Assembly (NCBI GenBank): GCA_010015805.1
Contig: ML978132.1
Location: 496,001 to 560,000, forward strand
Origin: Rhizodiscina lignyota
Taxonomy: Eukaryota
DNA: 64,000 nt
Reading direction: 5' to 3'
Shown piece after piece: positions 12,179 to 22,862 of this stretch. The notes beneath the pieces were generated by a model. It ran no database searches. It saw nothing but the letters and a program-made list of their open reading frames with translations, and had not been told where the DNA came from. Position numbers and translations under genes: made by a program. Within the stretch, counting starts at the first letter, position 1. Every line of letters starts with the position of its first letter.

Positions 12179-13377
12179 ATGGGCTCGGTAAGTCACTCCT
12201 TCTGTCTAGCAACCAATTAAATTCGAGCAGCTGCTATGTAAAATGAAGATGTTACTAAAAGCAGAAACGCAAACGCTCGGCAGAGCATCTGCGGAGAGGT
12301 GAAAATGAAGACGAAAACAACACCGTGATCACACACATCGAGGAGACATTCCAGCTCTCATCTTCTTCGGCCAGGATCACTTCCTCAGAACCTCGAAGCG
12401 GTACACATAATGGAGATGAGCAAGGGCAGAACTCTTCGCAGAAAAGCTTCCTCGATTTACCTGCGGAGCTCCGTCTTCAGGTTTACCAGTATGTCTTGGA
12501 CGACATTTTGCATATGATATCCTGCCATCCCTTCTGGATTCATCTTGGAATGACAGCATATGACTACAGGGGGTCGGACGGGTATGCTCTTCCTTCTGTT
12601 TGCAGGCTTTTTCGAGCGGAGATACTGCCACTGGTATTCGGAAAGATCAGATACGAGTTTGTGGGATCCCTCATGATCCGCGACACACATAGTGACCTCC
12701 GATTGTGGGCGGCACTTGAGGGTCATCAAGAATGGATGGACTTTGCTAGCCCTGTATATCGGGCTATGCAATCCTATATCCAAAAGTTGAGAGTTTGTCT
12801 CTGGGTACCTGCGTCATGTGGTTCCACGACTGTACCGACGGTTGACGAAATGGAGAACATCGGCTCATACATTTACCTTGACTTTCGGCTGCTGGATACC
12901 ACCTTACACGTCGCCTTGTGGCACTCTCTTGCACGCTCCAAATTCACCAGTTCCAAAAGATATTATTCGTCTCAGGTTTCCCCAGAAACAATCGAATTAA
13001 TTAAAGCTTGTATCGCGAATGCGCTGCCGCTTGACACGACAAAGCCGCTGGATGGCGTGACCATCGTAACCGCCGCGGACGACATCGTTTCCGAACTCAT
13101 CAGACTTCAGATATGGTACAATCCCCAGTCATCATGTGAGAAGGAGAGACATCATACTGGAAGCTGTGCCAGTCATCCACACGATGCCCGCCATATCAAG
13201 ATCACTGACATTGAGTGCCGTAAAGATGGCGCGGGGGAGCGATTTGAACTGCACACGACACACACATTGGCGCATCGCGGTGACGAAGGAACGCGGGCGT
13301 CGTTGTGGTGGGACTGGGAGCAGGGTACGAGATTTGAGATGGCAGAGGGCGACCAAGAAGGGTCATCCAGCGAATAA
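12179..13377 (+). CDS. F-box-like (FLDLPAELR) domain protein
   Basis: ATG GGC TCG|gtaagt intron 12188-12263, then KRKRSAE (NLS-like) in frame with the 350-aa ORF. SFLDLPAELRLQVYQYVL and LPSVCRLFRAEILPLVFG are typical of fungal F-box-like proteins. Confidence 0.75.
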
Positions 13378-14148
13378 TTATCATCGTCCGGCGAGGAACA
13401 CGGCCAAGACTGAAGATATACAGCTGGTGGAGCTGTCGCTTTTGGCTTGCACATCAGCGCTTGAGCCTGCTGGTCGTCGCGTTGTCGACCTGGCATCACA
13501 GTTCGTGCGAATTGGCCGCAAGTGGGTGCCTTGGAGCAGCGGCCCTCGTGGTGGAGTTACAAAAGTAGAATCATTGTGCTTTTCATACTTTAGCTTGCTT
13601 TCACGTCGCTTCAGAAACTATATTGATATTGCAAGCCTCGATTTCGAATTAGCATTGTACCATTCTGAGAGCAAATAATGACCTCACATGCCACAAAAGA
13701 ACCGGTGATCCTCATACTTTCGACCTTCATTGACAGGTGCCATTCCGAGATGTTCAACTTCTCTGCACTGGTCATTAGAATCGAACAAAATGATTGAATT
13801 ATTCGAAGCGATACAAGCCTAACTCCGCGCATGCCAAGAAGCAAGTTTCTACATACAGAGCCGTCGTGGTGTATCATTCCGAATATGTGCAAGAGCAAAA
13901 GCCGAAGAGTTTTTCCTCGAAGAGAAAAGAAAGCCCGAAAAAGATCATCACTAGCTCCTAGCTCCCTTTCTCAGAAGACAGAATCCTTAGGGAGGGACCC
14001 GTTACGCGCCATATGCTCCGCCCTCGCCTCGCAATCAGTATCATCAAAAGAAAAGTAACTCCAAAAAGCCCCAGTCTCGCTGATGCAAATCCAAATCACA
14101 CGAACTTCTTCCTCTTAATTCACCTGCAATCTTTTGTGCTCCCTCCAC

Positions 14149-17100
14149 TCAGGAAACAAAGAACAACCTCATCGCCCCACCAACCCTCTTCCTACAAACC
14201 GGGCACGTATCCACTCTCTTCGCGCACCCCAAACAGGCAACCACATGTCCGCAGTCCCAAAACGCCGCGTCTGCCAATTGCCCCTCATCCCAGCAGATCC
14301 TGCAAATCCGCTCCGCCTCCTGCGCCTGCGCCCAGTACGTCACGCCCTCGCCAAACTTCTTGTCGCCCTTCCAGTTGCCCTCGTATCGATTCGTCGTCGA
14401 CGCTTCCGTGAACGTGCCGTGACCCGAGCGCTGATTGCTAGCAAAAGAACCAGTATACGTGTCACCATTGCTGTACGTCAGACTGCCCTGGCCATGACGG
14501 TCGTCGAGGACAAATTCGCCAGTGTACTGCGTGCCGTCGAAGGAGATCTTTGTGCCGGCGCCGTGCGCGAGGCCGGCCAGCATGTCGCCGCTGTAGTACT
14601 CAGAGCTGAAGTAGTCGAAGGTGAAGGTGCCTTGGTACAGGTGCGGGAAGTTGCGGCGGTGTGATTCGAACTGGAGGTATTGCTGCGGGGTGGTTGCTTT
14701 ACCTTCCGCGCGGAGCGTCAGCTTATTTTCGGGGGAGATAGGGAAGGCGGCGATGAGGACGCATGTGTCGTGCAAGTCTTCTTGGGCGAACGTCTTTCTG
14801 CGACGACGCGTGAATGCCTTGACGAGGTCCTCTTCTTCGTAGATCTCGGGTAAGGAGTCTGAATCAGTATCTGGCAGAACCTCGAGCAGTCTCGCCACAG
14901 TACGGTCCAGGCGGGCCTTCCTACTCTCGATAAAACTGCCCTTGGGGATCATAGTCTGCTTCTCCGCGTCGAAGACCTTCAGGAAGAAGAATATCTCATC
15001 GTTGGAAGAAGAAGTTGTTCCGCTTAATCCCCGTCCACTTGACAGAACGATGGCGTTCGGGACCGCAATGTCCATGCCTGGAATTCCCATTGGAGCAGCT
15101 TGGACGATCGATGTTCCTGGTGGGGGAGGCGCGCCATTCGAGCCTTGGAGGGCGGGGATCTCGATGATAGTTACTGGCCCGCCCGATCGTCTTGCGAGTT
15201 CTTGCTCCTCTGGGGAGATGTCCGCATCGCTCATGAGAGTATCGTGAATCGCAGGAATCGTAGGGATCGGCATATTTCCACCCAGTAAAGCGTCAATCGG
15301 AACATCTACAATTGCAAGGCCCGTGTTCACTGATACACCCCCAGGTATGCCATCAGGTAGAGCTTGCGAGCTAGAGGGATTCGAATTCGCACTGCCTTCC
15401 TGCTTGTTGGTTTCGGGCGGTGGAGGGGGAGGAGGAGGAAGATCCTTCTTATCGATGACATGCAGCCATAGCCTCCTCTCTTCTGTCCTGGCAGCCAGAT
15501 CACCAACTGTCCACTCCGGCTCCTGGCCCTTGCTTTTACTATCTGACAAATCAAAACTGCTGGCGGACAGTAAATTCGGCCTAAGCTCTGTACCTGCCAA
15601 CGAGTCCATGATCCATAGCCTGCATTGCCGAGGGTCTTCTACGCCGGGCACAACACTCGCAATCTTTTCCTTGATCCCCTTCGGGCCAACATTCGAAGGG
15701 AAGAAGATATCGTAGACAAACTCGGACTGAATCGGAGAACCCTTCTCGAACACATCAAATGTGCCAGGGCCGTAGTGCTGTAGGAAGACGCGAGAATCGA
15801 TGATCTGGAACTCGTGCGTTGTGGGCTCACTCTCTGCCTGCATGTCCTCGACCTTCTCGTCTCCCTCTGCTTCACCATTCTTATCAATGGCCATGTCGTT
15901 CTCAGCCGCAATGTCCCTGTCGAGCTTCGCCTCGTCTTCAAGCCAAGCAGGTACGTCCCATACTTGCTCGTTCTTGCCATCGAATGCATCCTCCGCGACA
16001 TCATCCATGAGATACGTGACAAGGTATGCAACCGACTTCCTCTCGTCGGACTGGCTCGGATTCTCAACACCTTCATTCGCAGCAATGGCCTGTCTCTTCG
16101 TCAAGCATACAACCCTGTTCTCGAGCTTCGTGTCCTCGAAAGCATACCACTTGCCATTTGGACCAAGTGGTCTAACATTTGCCAGATACTGATTCGACTG
16201 GTGGCCCTCTTTATGCACCACGAAGCTGTGCAGCGTATAACGTACGTCATTGACGCTGATATGATCGTCCAAGGCCATCTTATCAACGACCTTCCGCCAT
16301 TTCCTCTCACCCGTGTTGACGAACTCTTGCCTTTCAATCTCGATCTGCAGGGCGTACGGCAAAGCCTTGTTGGATGCGACAATGCCCTCCGTGCCGACAA
16401 CTGCATCCTGCATGCTCTTGAACTTCTTCGGACTGACGCGATACGTCGGCTGGCACGTCCTCCGGTCCTTCATCGGGCCAAACAGTCGGTCTAACGCGCT
16501 GTTTAGATGCGTGTCTTCGAGCTCAGCCTGAAGCTTAGTCCTCAGCGCCTCCTGAACCTGCACGACATCCCAATGATCCATCGCCATATCAACACCATAC
16601 CACGCCAACGCATCTATGACCTCCTCAAGACTAACGTACTTCGCAGACTTCGGGGACAGATCCGGCGTGCGCATGCAATATAACACCTTCAGCAGGCTCT
16701 TTAATAGCGGCTTTGGCCTCTCCCTCGGGTTGATCACTGGGTCTGGCACGATCTGTGTCGCCTCGTAAAGCATTTCCCTGAACGGCATGAGCATCATCCA
16801 CCCGGCGATCGCAGAGATGAAATTTCCATCCTGCGCTGGCGCATTCGGCCTCAACCTGCCCATGCCCAGACCCTGTACGCCGGTCATCGCAAAACTGTCC
16901 CATGGATTTTGCTCGAGCGGATGCTCCCACAGGCAGCCTGTGGTATCTTCTACAATACGGATGTATGCGATGAAAGCAAGTTGATCGTTACGCAGGAGAG
17001 CCTGGCGCTGGCCGTGGTGACGCGTCTGGATCTCGTAGTAGGGACCATGGAAGCGAGTGAAGCCCCAGTCGGTTTGTTTGGGAGTGAAGCGATGAGTGCA

Positions 17101-18285
17101 TGGGCGCCAGAAGTTTACGCGGGGCTCTGCGGGGTTGTATAGGACGACGGAAACTTGGGCGGACACGCCGTGGGAGCGGGGTGAGGTGTGACCGGGGAGG
17201 ACAGGGAGAGGTAGGTCTTCGGAGTCTGTATCTGCTTCTGATGAGGTTTTGTTGAACGAGTTTGAAGACGATGGGTTCGAGCTCGACGCGGAGGTATTGC
17301 TGTCGGCCGAAGTCTCCATACTCGCGCACTCGACATACACACTCAGGAACTCTGTGTCGTTGCCACGCGGGTAGAACTTGATATTCCACTCATGCCCACC
17401 GATATTGACTCTAGGACTCTTCATCACCAGCTCATGATTCGGGTTCTCCTTCGTGCCATTGTAGTGCTCGACCAACCACTCAATCTTGCCTGTCGGGCCA
17501 GGAGAGAACTCCGGATCTTCCAGCTTCGTAAATGTCTTCGCTTCCCAGTGCTCATGGTCATGTGCGCTGTGCTCGGTCTGCTCCTCGATCTCTTTCATTT
17601 CTCGCTCGTCGGGGATAGAGGTATCTTCGTGAATTGGGTGCCATGAAGGAGCAGAGTCGTCATCGTCGGAGGATTCGCGGTTTTGGTTCGAATCGTTATG
17701 CTCAGGCGGAGGACTTGGAGCTCGGGAGGACGTAGGTGATCTTGAGTGGTCTCGCAATGGTGGAGGAGGAATACCTCCATTAGTCTGAGGCGAAGAAGAA
17801 GCATTAGTAGTAGCAGCATTTCCGGTAGTTGCGGTGCTAAGTTCGCGGAGAACATCTGGCGGTGGAGGCGGAATTACATCTGCAGGAGGGCCAGTAGCTT
17901 CAGCAGGCTGAATGACCCCATCAGGCGTAGTATCCATAGCGTCGTCAGAGTCAGAATCAGACGGAGAATGTGAACCAGCAGTGTTTCCAGAAGAGTCTTC
18001 CACCACCTCTGTGATGTTAACCTCGTTCGTGTCGGCATCCATCACTTCCATGCGGCCGTCATCTCTGTCATGGTTCTGACCTTGTGGAGGGAGAGTGAGG
18101 GACATGCTCATATCGACATCTTCCGGGGGTGCCTGAGGCTGCGATGACGCCATGTGCTGGAAATGTTGAGGATCGGTGGGAGGGTGGTAGGTCGGAGCTG
18201 GTGAATGTTGCGGAGAGAAGGATGGCGGGCTTGGTGAGCGGGGAGAGAAGAGCAGCGGCGGAGGTTCGGCAGTTTCCACGCTCAT
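14149..18285 (-). CDS. MATH + USP7-like UCH (degenerate) + MORN repeat + C-terminal RING protein
   Basis: MATH motifs IGGHEWNIKFYPRGN, FLSVYVEC, HRFTPKQTDWGFTRF; USP-like region; MORN units YSGDMLAGLAHGAG, YTGEFVLDDRHGQG, YTGSFASNQRSGHG, YEGNWKGDKKFGEG; RING CRIC...CGHVVACLGCAKRVDTCPVCR. First ATG (MSVETAEP) at 18285. Confidence 0.88.
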   Translation of the reverse strand: MSVETAEPPPLLFSPRSPSPPSFSPQHSPAPTYHPPTDPQHFQHMASSQPQAPPEDVDMSMSLTLPPQGQNHDRDDGRMEVMDADTNEVNITEVVEDSSGNTAGSHSPSDSDSDDAMDTTPDGVIQPAEATGPPADVIPPPPPDVLRELSTATTGNAATTNASSSPQTNGGIPPPPLRDHSRSPTSSRAPSPPPEHNDSNQNRESSDDDDSAPSWHPIHEDTSIPDEREMKEIEEQTEHSAHDHEHWEAKTFTKLEDPEFSPGPTGKIEWLVEHYNGTKENPNHELVMKSPRVNIGGHEWNIKFYPRGNDTEFLSVYVECASMETSADSNTSASSSNPSSSNSFNKTSSEADTDSEDLPLPVLPGHTSPRSHGVSAQVSVVLYNPAEPRVNFWRPCTHRFTPKQTDWGFTRFHGPYYEIQTRHHGQRQALLRNDQLAFIAYIRIVEDTTGCLWEHPLEQNPWDSFAMTGVQGLGMGRLRPNAPAQDGNFISAIAGWMMLMPFREMLYEATQIVPDPVINPRERPKPLLKSLLKVLYCMRTPDLSPKSAKYVSLEEVIDALAWYGVDMAMDHWDVVQVQEALRTKLQAELEDTHLNSALDRLFGPMKDRRTCQPTYRVSPKKFKSMQDAVVGTEGIVASNKALPYALQIEIERQEFVNTGERKWRKVVDKMALDDHISVNDVRYTLHSFVVHKEGHQSNQYLANVRPLGPNGKWYAFEDTKLENRVVCLTKRQAIAANEGVENPSQSDERKSVAYLVTYLMDDVAEDAFDGKNEQVWDVPAWLEDEAKLDRDIAAENDMAIDKNGEAEGDEKVEDMQAESEPTTHEFQIIDSRVFLQHYGPGTFDVFEKGSPIQSEFVYDIFFPSNVGPKGIKEKIASVVPGVEDPRQCRLWIMDSLAGTELRPNLLSASSFDLSDSKSKGQEPEWTVGDLAARTEERRLWLHVIDKKDLPPPPPPPPETNKQEGSANSNPSSSQALPDGIPGGVSVNTGLAIVDVPIDALLGGNMPIPTIPAIHDTLMSDADISPEEQELARRSGGPVTIIEIPALQGSNGAPPPPGTSIVQAAPMGIPGMDIAVPNAIVLSSGRGLSGTTSSSNDEIFFFLKVFDAEKQTMIPKGSFIESRKARLDRTVARLLEVLPDTDSDSLPEIYEEEDLVKAFTRRRRKTFAQEDLHDTCVLIAAFPISPENKLTLRAEGKATTPQQYLQFESHRRNFPHLYQGTFTFDYFSSEYYSGDMLAGLAHGAGTKISFDGTQYTGEFVLDDRHGQGSLTYSNGDTYTGSFASNQRSGHGTFTEASTTNRYEGNWKGDKKFGEGVTYWAQAQEAERICRICWDEGQLADAAFWDCGHVVACLGCAKRVDTCPVCRKRVGGAMRLFFVS

Positions 18286-19259
18286 GTTTGTGGAAGTGTT
18301 AGGGAAACGGGAGGTAGGCTGTGAATGGTTTGTGTTGCGTGAATGTGGAGGTGAGCGGAGCTCGTCGTTTGCAAGGCTCACGATTCACCGGCGGCGCGGG
18401 GGACGTGCTCTTGAGGCGGTACAGCGGCCGTTGCACCGATATCGTTTCCTCACGGTTTTCAGATATCTCACGACGAAATTGAAGGCTGATACTCGGGCGA
18501 GCAGCTGTGATAAAGGCAGCAGGCTCTTCGCAAGGCACAGTGCTGGCTGGAGCAGCAGGGTATTTAAGCAGGCAGAGAGCTGTAGCGGTCGATCGGAGGC
18601 TTCGCGCATCTGCCTAATGCGCGAGCAAGGTATCGCTGGACCGCGGCGTGTGACGTGCAAGTCGCTGAGCGAGTGCAGGGCGCGAGAAAACGGTAGCGTG
18701 CAGGCCACAATCGACTGAGTGGCTGCTCACCGAACTTTGATGTGTCGTAAAAGTGAGGCGGTTTGACGAAGATACCCTGGATTTGTATGGAGAAAGCTCC
18801 AACCGCCCCACCAAGCAGTTCAGTGGCTGGACGAGGTACGTACCGCCAGCCAGCCCTGTATATATCACGCTCGGGCCCGTTATCAGATGCAGAAAAGAAA
18901 CTTCACATTTGCTTTGTATCAACCCATCAAGCTCAAAGCTATGCATCATGATGCTCGATGCAATGGATTTATAGTTTATTTGTCATATCGTCTTGTACCG
19001 AAGACATACGTTGACTGCCTGATTGTCCAGTCATCCAGAGCCTGGTTACATCCCTAGTGCATGACTCTCTAGCGTAGATCGTATCTTCATCACACTACAG
19101 CCGAAGGGCCTTTTGCAGCAGAGCATTTGCTCAGCTTCCTCAGAAGCGATGTCCGCGCGAGTAAATTCTGGATTTGACCGAAAGCCCTCACGTGTCTCTT
19201 TAGATACCGACATGCTAATCCTCGACGAATCCTCGATTCAGCATTCGAGATCCCGCAGT

Positions 19260-20487
19260 CTACGTCGTTCCTCTGGATGAATCTGTCGGAGCAGAATCCC
19301 TCGATGGTTTGGCGAAAGTCCCAGCTACAATGAGTGGAAAGGCGACTGTTGCCTCGGCGTAGACCTGTTAAATGTATCAGCATTATATTACCCACGCGCA
19401 CCAGTGACCGTCAGCACCTTTACACTATCGCCATCCTTCCTGATCTTCCCCCAGCTGACCGCCTCATCTGGCCTTGCACCAGCATCGCTCCCATCGAACT
19501 CTTGCGCTGTGTTGATATACACAGCGTGCTCTGCTCCATTCCGCATCAAAAACGCATTCGCAATATGATGCTTCACCACACCCCCTCCTAAGATTATCAT
19601 ACCTCCCCTCTTCGCCCAATTGGCCAAAGAATTGATCTTCCGAATATCTTCAACGATATCGATGCTCAGCATTTTTGGGGAAGTCTTGAAGGTGTGGAAG
19701 TACAGCATGTCGCCCAGAGAACCGTCCGTCAGAGCGGGGCAGAATACAGGGATATTGTTCTTGTATGCCCAATAGTAGACGCTCTCCTCGTTATTGATCT
19801 CTTTGCCCAAGCGATGTATAACTTTCGAAGGAGTCCAGCGTACACGGCTGTCCTCGTCCAACAGTCGCGTGCTCTCTTGCTCCTCGAGCATCTTGTCGAA
19901 GATTGGTAATATCCAGTCCTCGAATTTTGTATAGTTTTCGTTGGGCACGATAAGGTTACCTATTCGGTTCCAGCCTTTATCGCGCAGCGCTACTCCAGAG
20001 TATGTGAAGGAGCCATGATACGTTGGCCCCAGGCATTTGATAAAGTCTTCCTCGACCCCTCCAGCAGTCGTGACTATAGCAGATACATGCTTGTGTTGTA
20101 CCAAGTATCGGAATATATCGCGGAGACCGGACGATATCATATTCGAAGTGTAGCCGAGGAAGATGGTTGTGCCTTCGTGTGTCTCTGGGTCGCGCCATGA
20201 TCTCTACTTTTCGCAACTGAGCCCATTGCCATGTGAGTCTCAAATGCAGAGAACCTTACCATGTCATTGATTATTCTGATTGCTTCTCCTATCGAAGAAC
20301 CCTGGAAACCCATGTTGGATATGCCCGCCAGCAGCTCCTCTACCGGTATGCTGCGGTCCGCATACTTGTTGAAGTCGATCCCGGAGACTGTCCGCGTGCC
20401 TTCTGGTATCGGCTCCGAAGCCATGAGGACGGCATCGGTCGCGAGTGATGGAGCTGCATTCGCAGTCCCGCCATTAGACTGTGACAT
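19260..20487 (-). CDS. DYS1: Deoxyhypusine synthase
   Basis: [10 protein letters not shown], spliced [66 protein letters not shown]; final exon [14 protein letters not shown]. Two introns. Confidence 0.97.
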
Positions 20488-22862
20488 GGCGATGGGATGA
20501 AATGTGCCTGAGTGCAGCTGGCTATGGAAAATATCAGTCCAGCGTGTGCAGCTTGGCACGTGGAAATGTTCCGTCGACGTTCGGCAGCGCTAGCCGCATC
20601 CGGATCACCTGCTAGCCGCATCGACGACCCCTGCCCAGTGCCCACAGCCTTCCAGGCGCTCGTGCCCTTGCCCTTCCAGTTTCTTTTTGGTGCGACGTTT
20701 CGTTCGCCCATAAGCTGCATGAATCGCCGTTTTTGGTGACGCCAGCACGAAGGCACGAGTGAAATGCCCTGATCGCCACCGCGCCCGCATAGCTGATGTT
20801 GGTTACAACTTACTGTACATATGACTCCGTGACGAGATCCTTTGTCAGACTCCTGCCTAGTCACAGATACCATGCTATATCAGGCCGAAAGAGCCGTGCA
20901 GGCATCAGATGGGGGGCTTTGGGCTGAGGAGCTGCAAAGAACATCGGCATCCTTGAATCGCGGGTCATGGGCCTGTCCGTCCCTGGCGTTTCTCTCTGTC
21001 GGTGTCTCGACAGGCGTCACAAAGTGGGATGCTCAATTTAGGATTTGGTTTTTTAGCAGCGAGGATCGCCATCTGCCGACTACGGTTCGTTTACCCGGCA
21101 TCCCCAAATTCGCTCATTCGGCCGCCTGCTCTCATTTGCACTGCGGAACCGCAACGCATGGACATGACCTGACATGTCATGGAGCAGGTGAGGTGGTGTT
21201 AGGATAAGCGCCGTTCAAGGCAAATAAAGTCTCTCGAAAGAAGGCGTTTCACCGTGTAGTTGTTAGGCCGTTGGCACTAGAAGGCGTTCGGCCCCAAAGA
21301 ACAAACATCACAGGCAGATCTTAAGTACTCACTCTCCCATCTGAAAGTCACAAAAGGTACGAGTGCTGCGCCTAAATCGATCGTGTCATACGAGCAGGCC
21401 GGCGTCCGACAGGTCGATGGAACCAACGAACGTTTCAGCGCCGCAGCGGAGGATGGAGCTGCCTTTGCCAGGTGGGCCATGGCCCTGTCGCGAGCCACAA
21501 GAATAAGCGGCAGCAAAAGCGGAAGCATCCCTGCTTGAACATCTTGAAGCGCCAGCCAATGGGAAGCGCAGCTGCATCTTCAATCTTTGCTCTCCCACCC
21601 CTCCCGGGCCCAGATTTAGCGGCAGGCATGCTGCATCCCGGTCAGTCGTCTTGCCTGCAGCGTGTGCGTAGGGGCAGCAAGGCACCGGCGATGCGGGTGC
21701 TTTACCCTCCTGGGTCCAGGAAGACGCAGAAAGACGCAAGATGCCTGATGAGTGTGAGCGCGCGTTGCAGCTCGTCCCAAGCATCATCTGCAGAGCTGGC
21801 GTCTGCGAAATTTGGGTGCTGTCCCATGTCACCGTGTCCTTGCTTGTCGGCAAAGCCCATGTGCCCTACGCTTCGGCTCCCATCTCAACTCCATCCATCA
21901 CGTCCCAATCCCTCACTTTTGCCGTCTTCAACCTTTGTGCATCGGAACTGCAAATCGTCTCTTTCTTCGCCCACGCGCATCGGCAGGCCGTGAAACGACT
22001 TCCATCAGTTCCTGAGCAGCGGGTTGCGACTTCAACACCCTTTTGAGCGCCTCTCCTGCATTTCACAGAGTCCGCTGGGGCGCCACGTCACTTTTCGACT
22101 TCACGATCGAATTCCGGGGATTTTGGTGAGAGCGTTTAGCGGTCACAAGATCGGCTGTGGCACGCCAAATCGGCCCACCCAACGTCCAGATCGGCCGTTG
22201 CATCTCGCACTCTCATTTGCAGCTCGTCGACCGCCAGCGGCGAGTTTTCCAAGGACAGCAGGCTGATCGCAAAGTGCTTGCATCGTCACTCCACCTTTCG
22301 GCAGACGCGTGCTTGGTGGGTGGACAGGCGTTCGGGGGCTTCAGCCTTTTGGTGCTGCGCTTTCTGGGCGTCTGTGGGAGGAAAGGGTTCGGGCGAAACG
22401 AAAGCCAGTTCAGCCATCCGTTGTTCTAGCGAGCCGCACCCCTGCGCCCTGCCTCCTTGGCGCGCTAAGGAAGCCTGTGCACGCGCATGCCGCTAGGCCG
22501 CTTCGGGCGCTCATCGATCTGGCACCTCAAATCTCCAACCGGGCCATTCTTTTGAGCCGCAATCACCAGCAACCTCGTCCGACACCACCTCAATACTCCC
22601 CAAACCCGTCTCCAAAGGCCCCAGAAGCAAGCATTCAGTCGAGGAGGTGATCTTCAGCCGTCTCGTCCCCCCTTTGGGCCCGCCTCTCTCATTTTTCGGC
22701 CAGCGTTGAGTTTACCGCCCGGCTCTGGTCTCACAGCCACACGTCACACCCTCAAAACAAACCACCAATAGCACAACAACCGTTGCACACAACGCAGTCT
22801 GCTTCTCGGTGACGTCAGCAAAGTTGCGTTAGTATTCACGTCTAGCGGAATGTGCAATTGTA

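Noticed and set aside
20500..22860. Many short ORFs between DYS1 and SNT1
   Set aside because: No recognisable domains or consistent frame; best explained as a GC-rich divergent promoter and long 5' leader.
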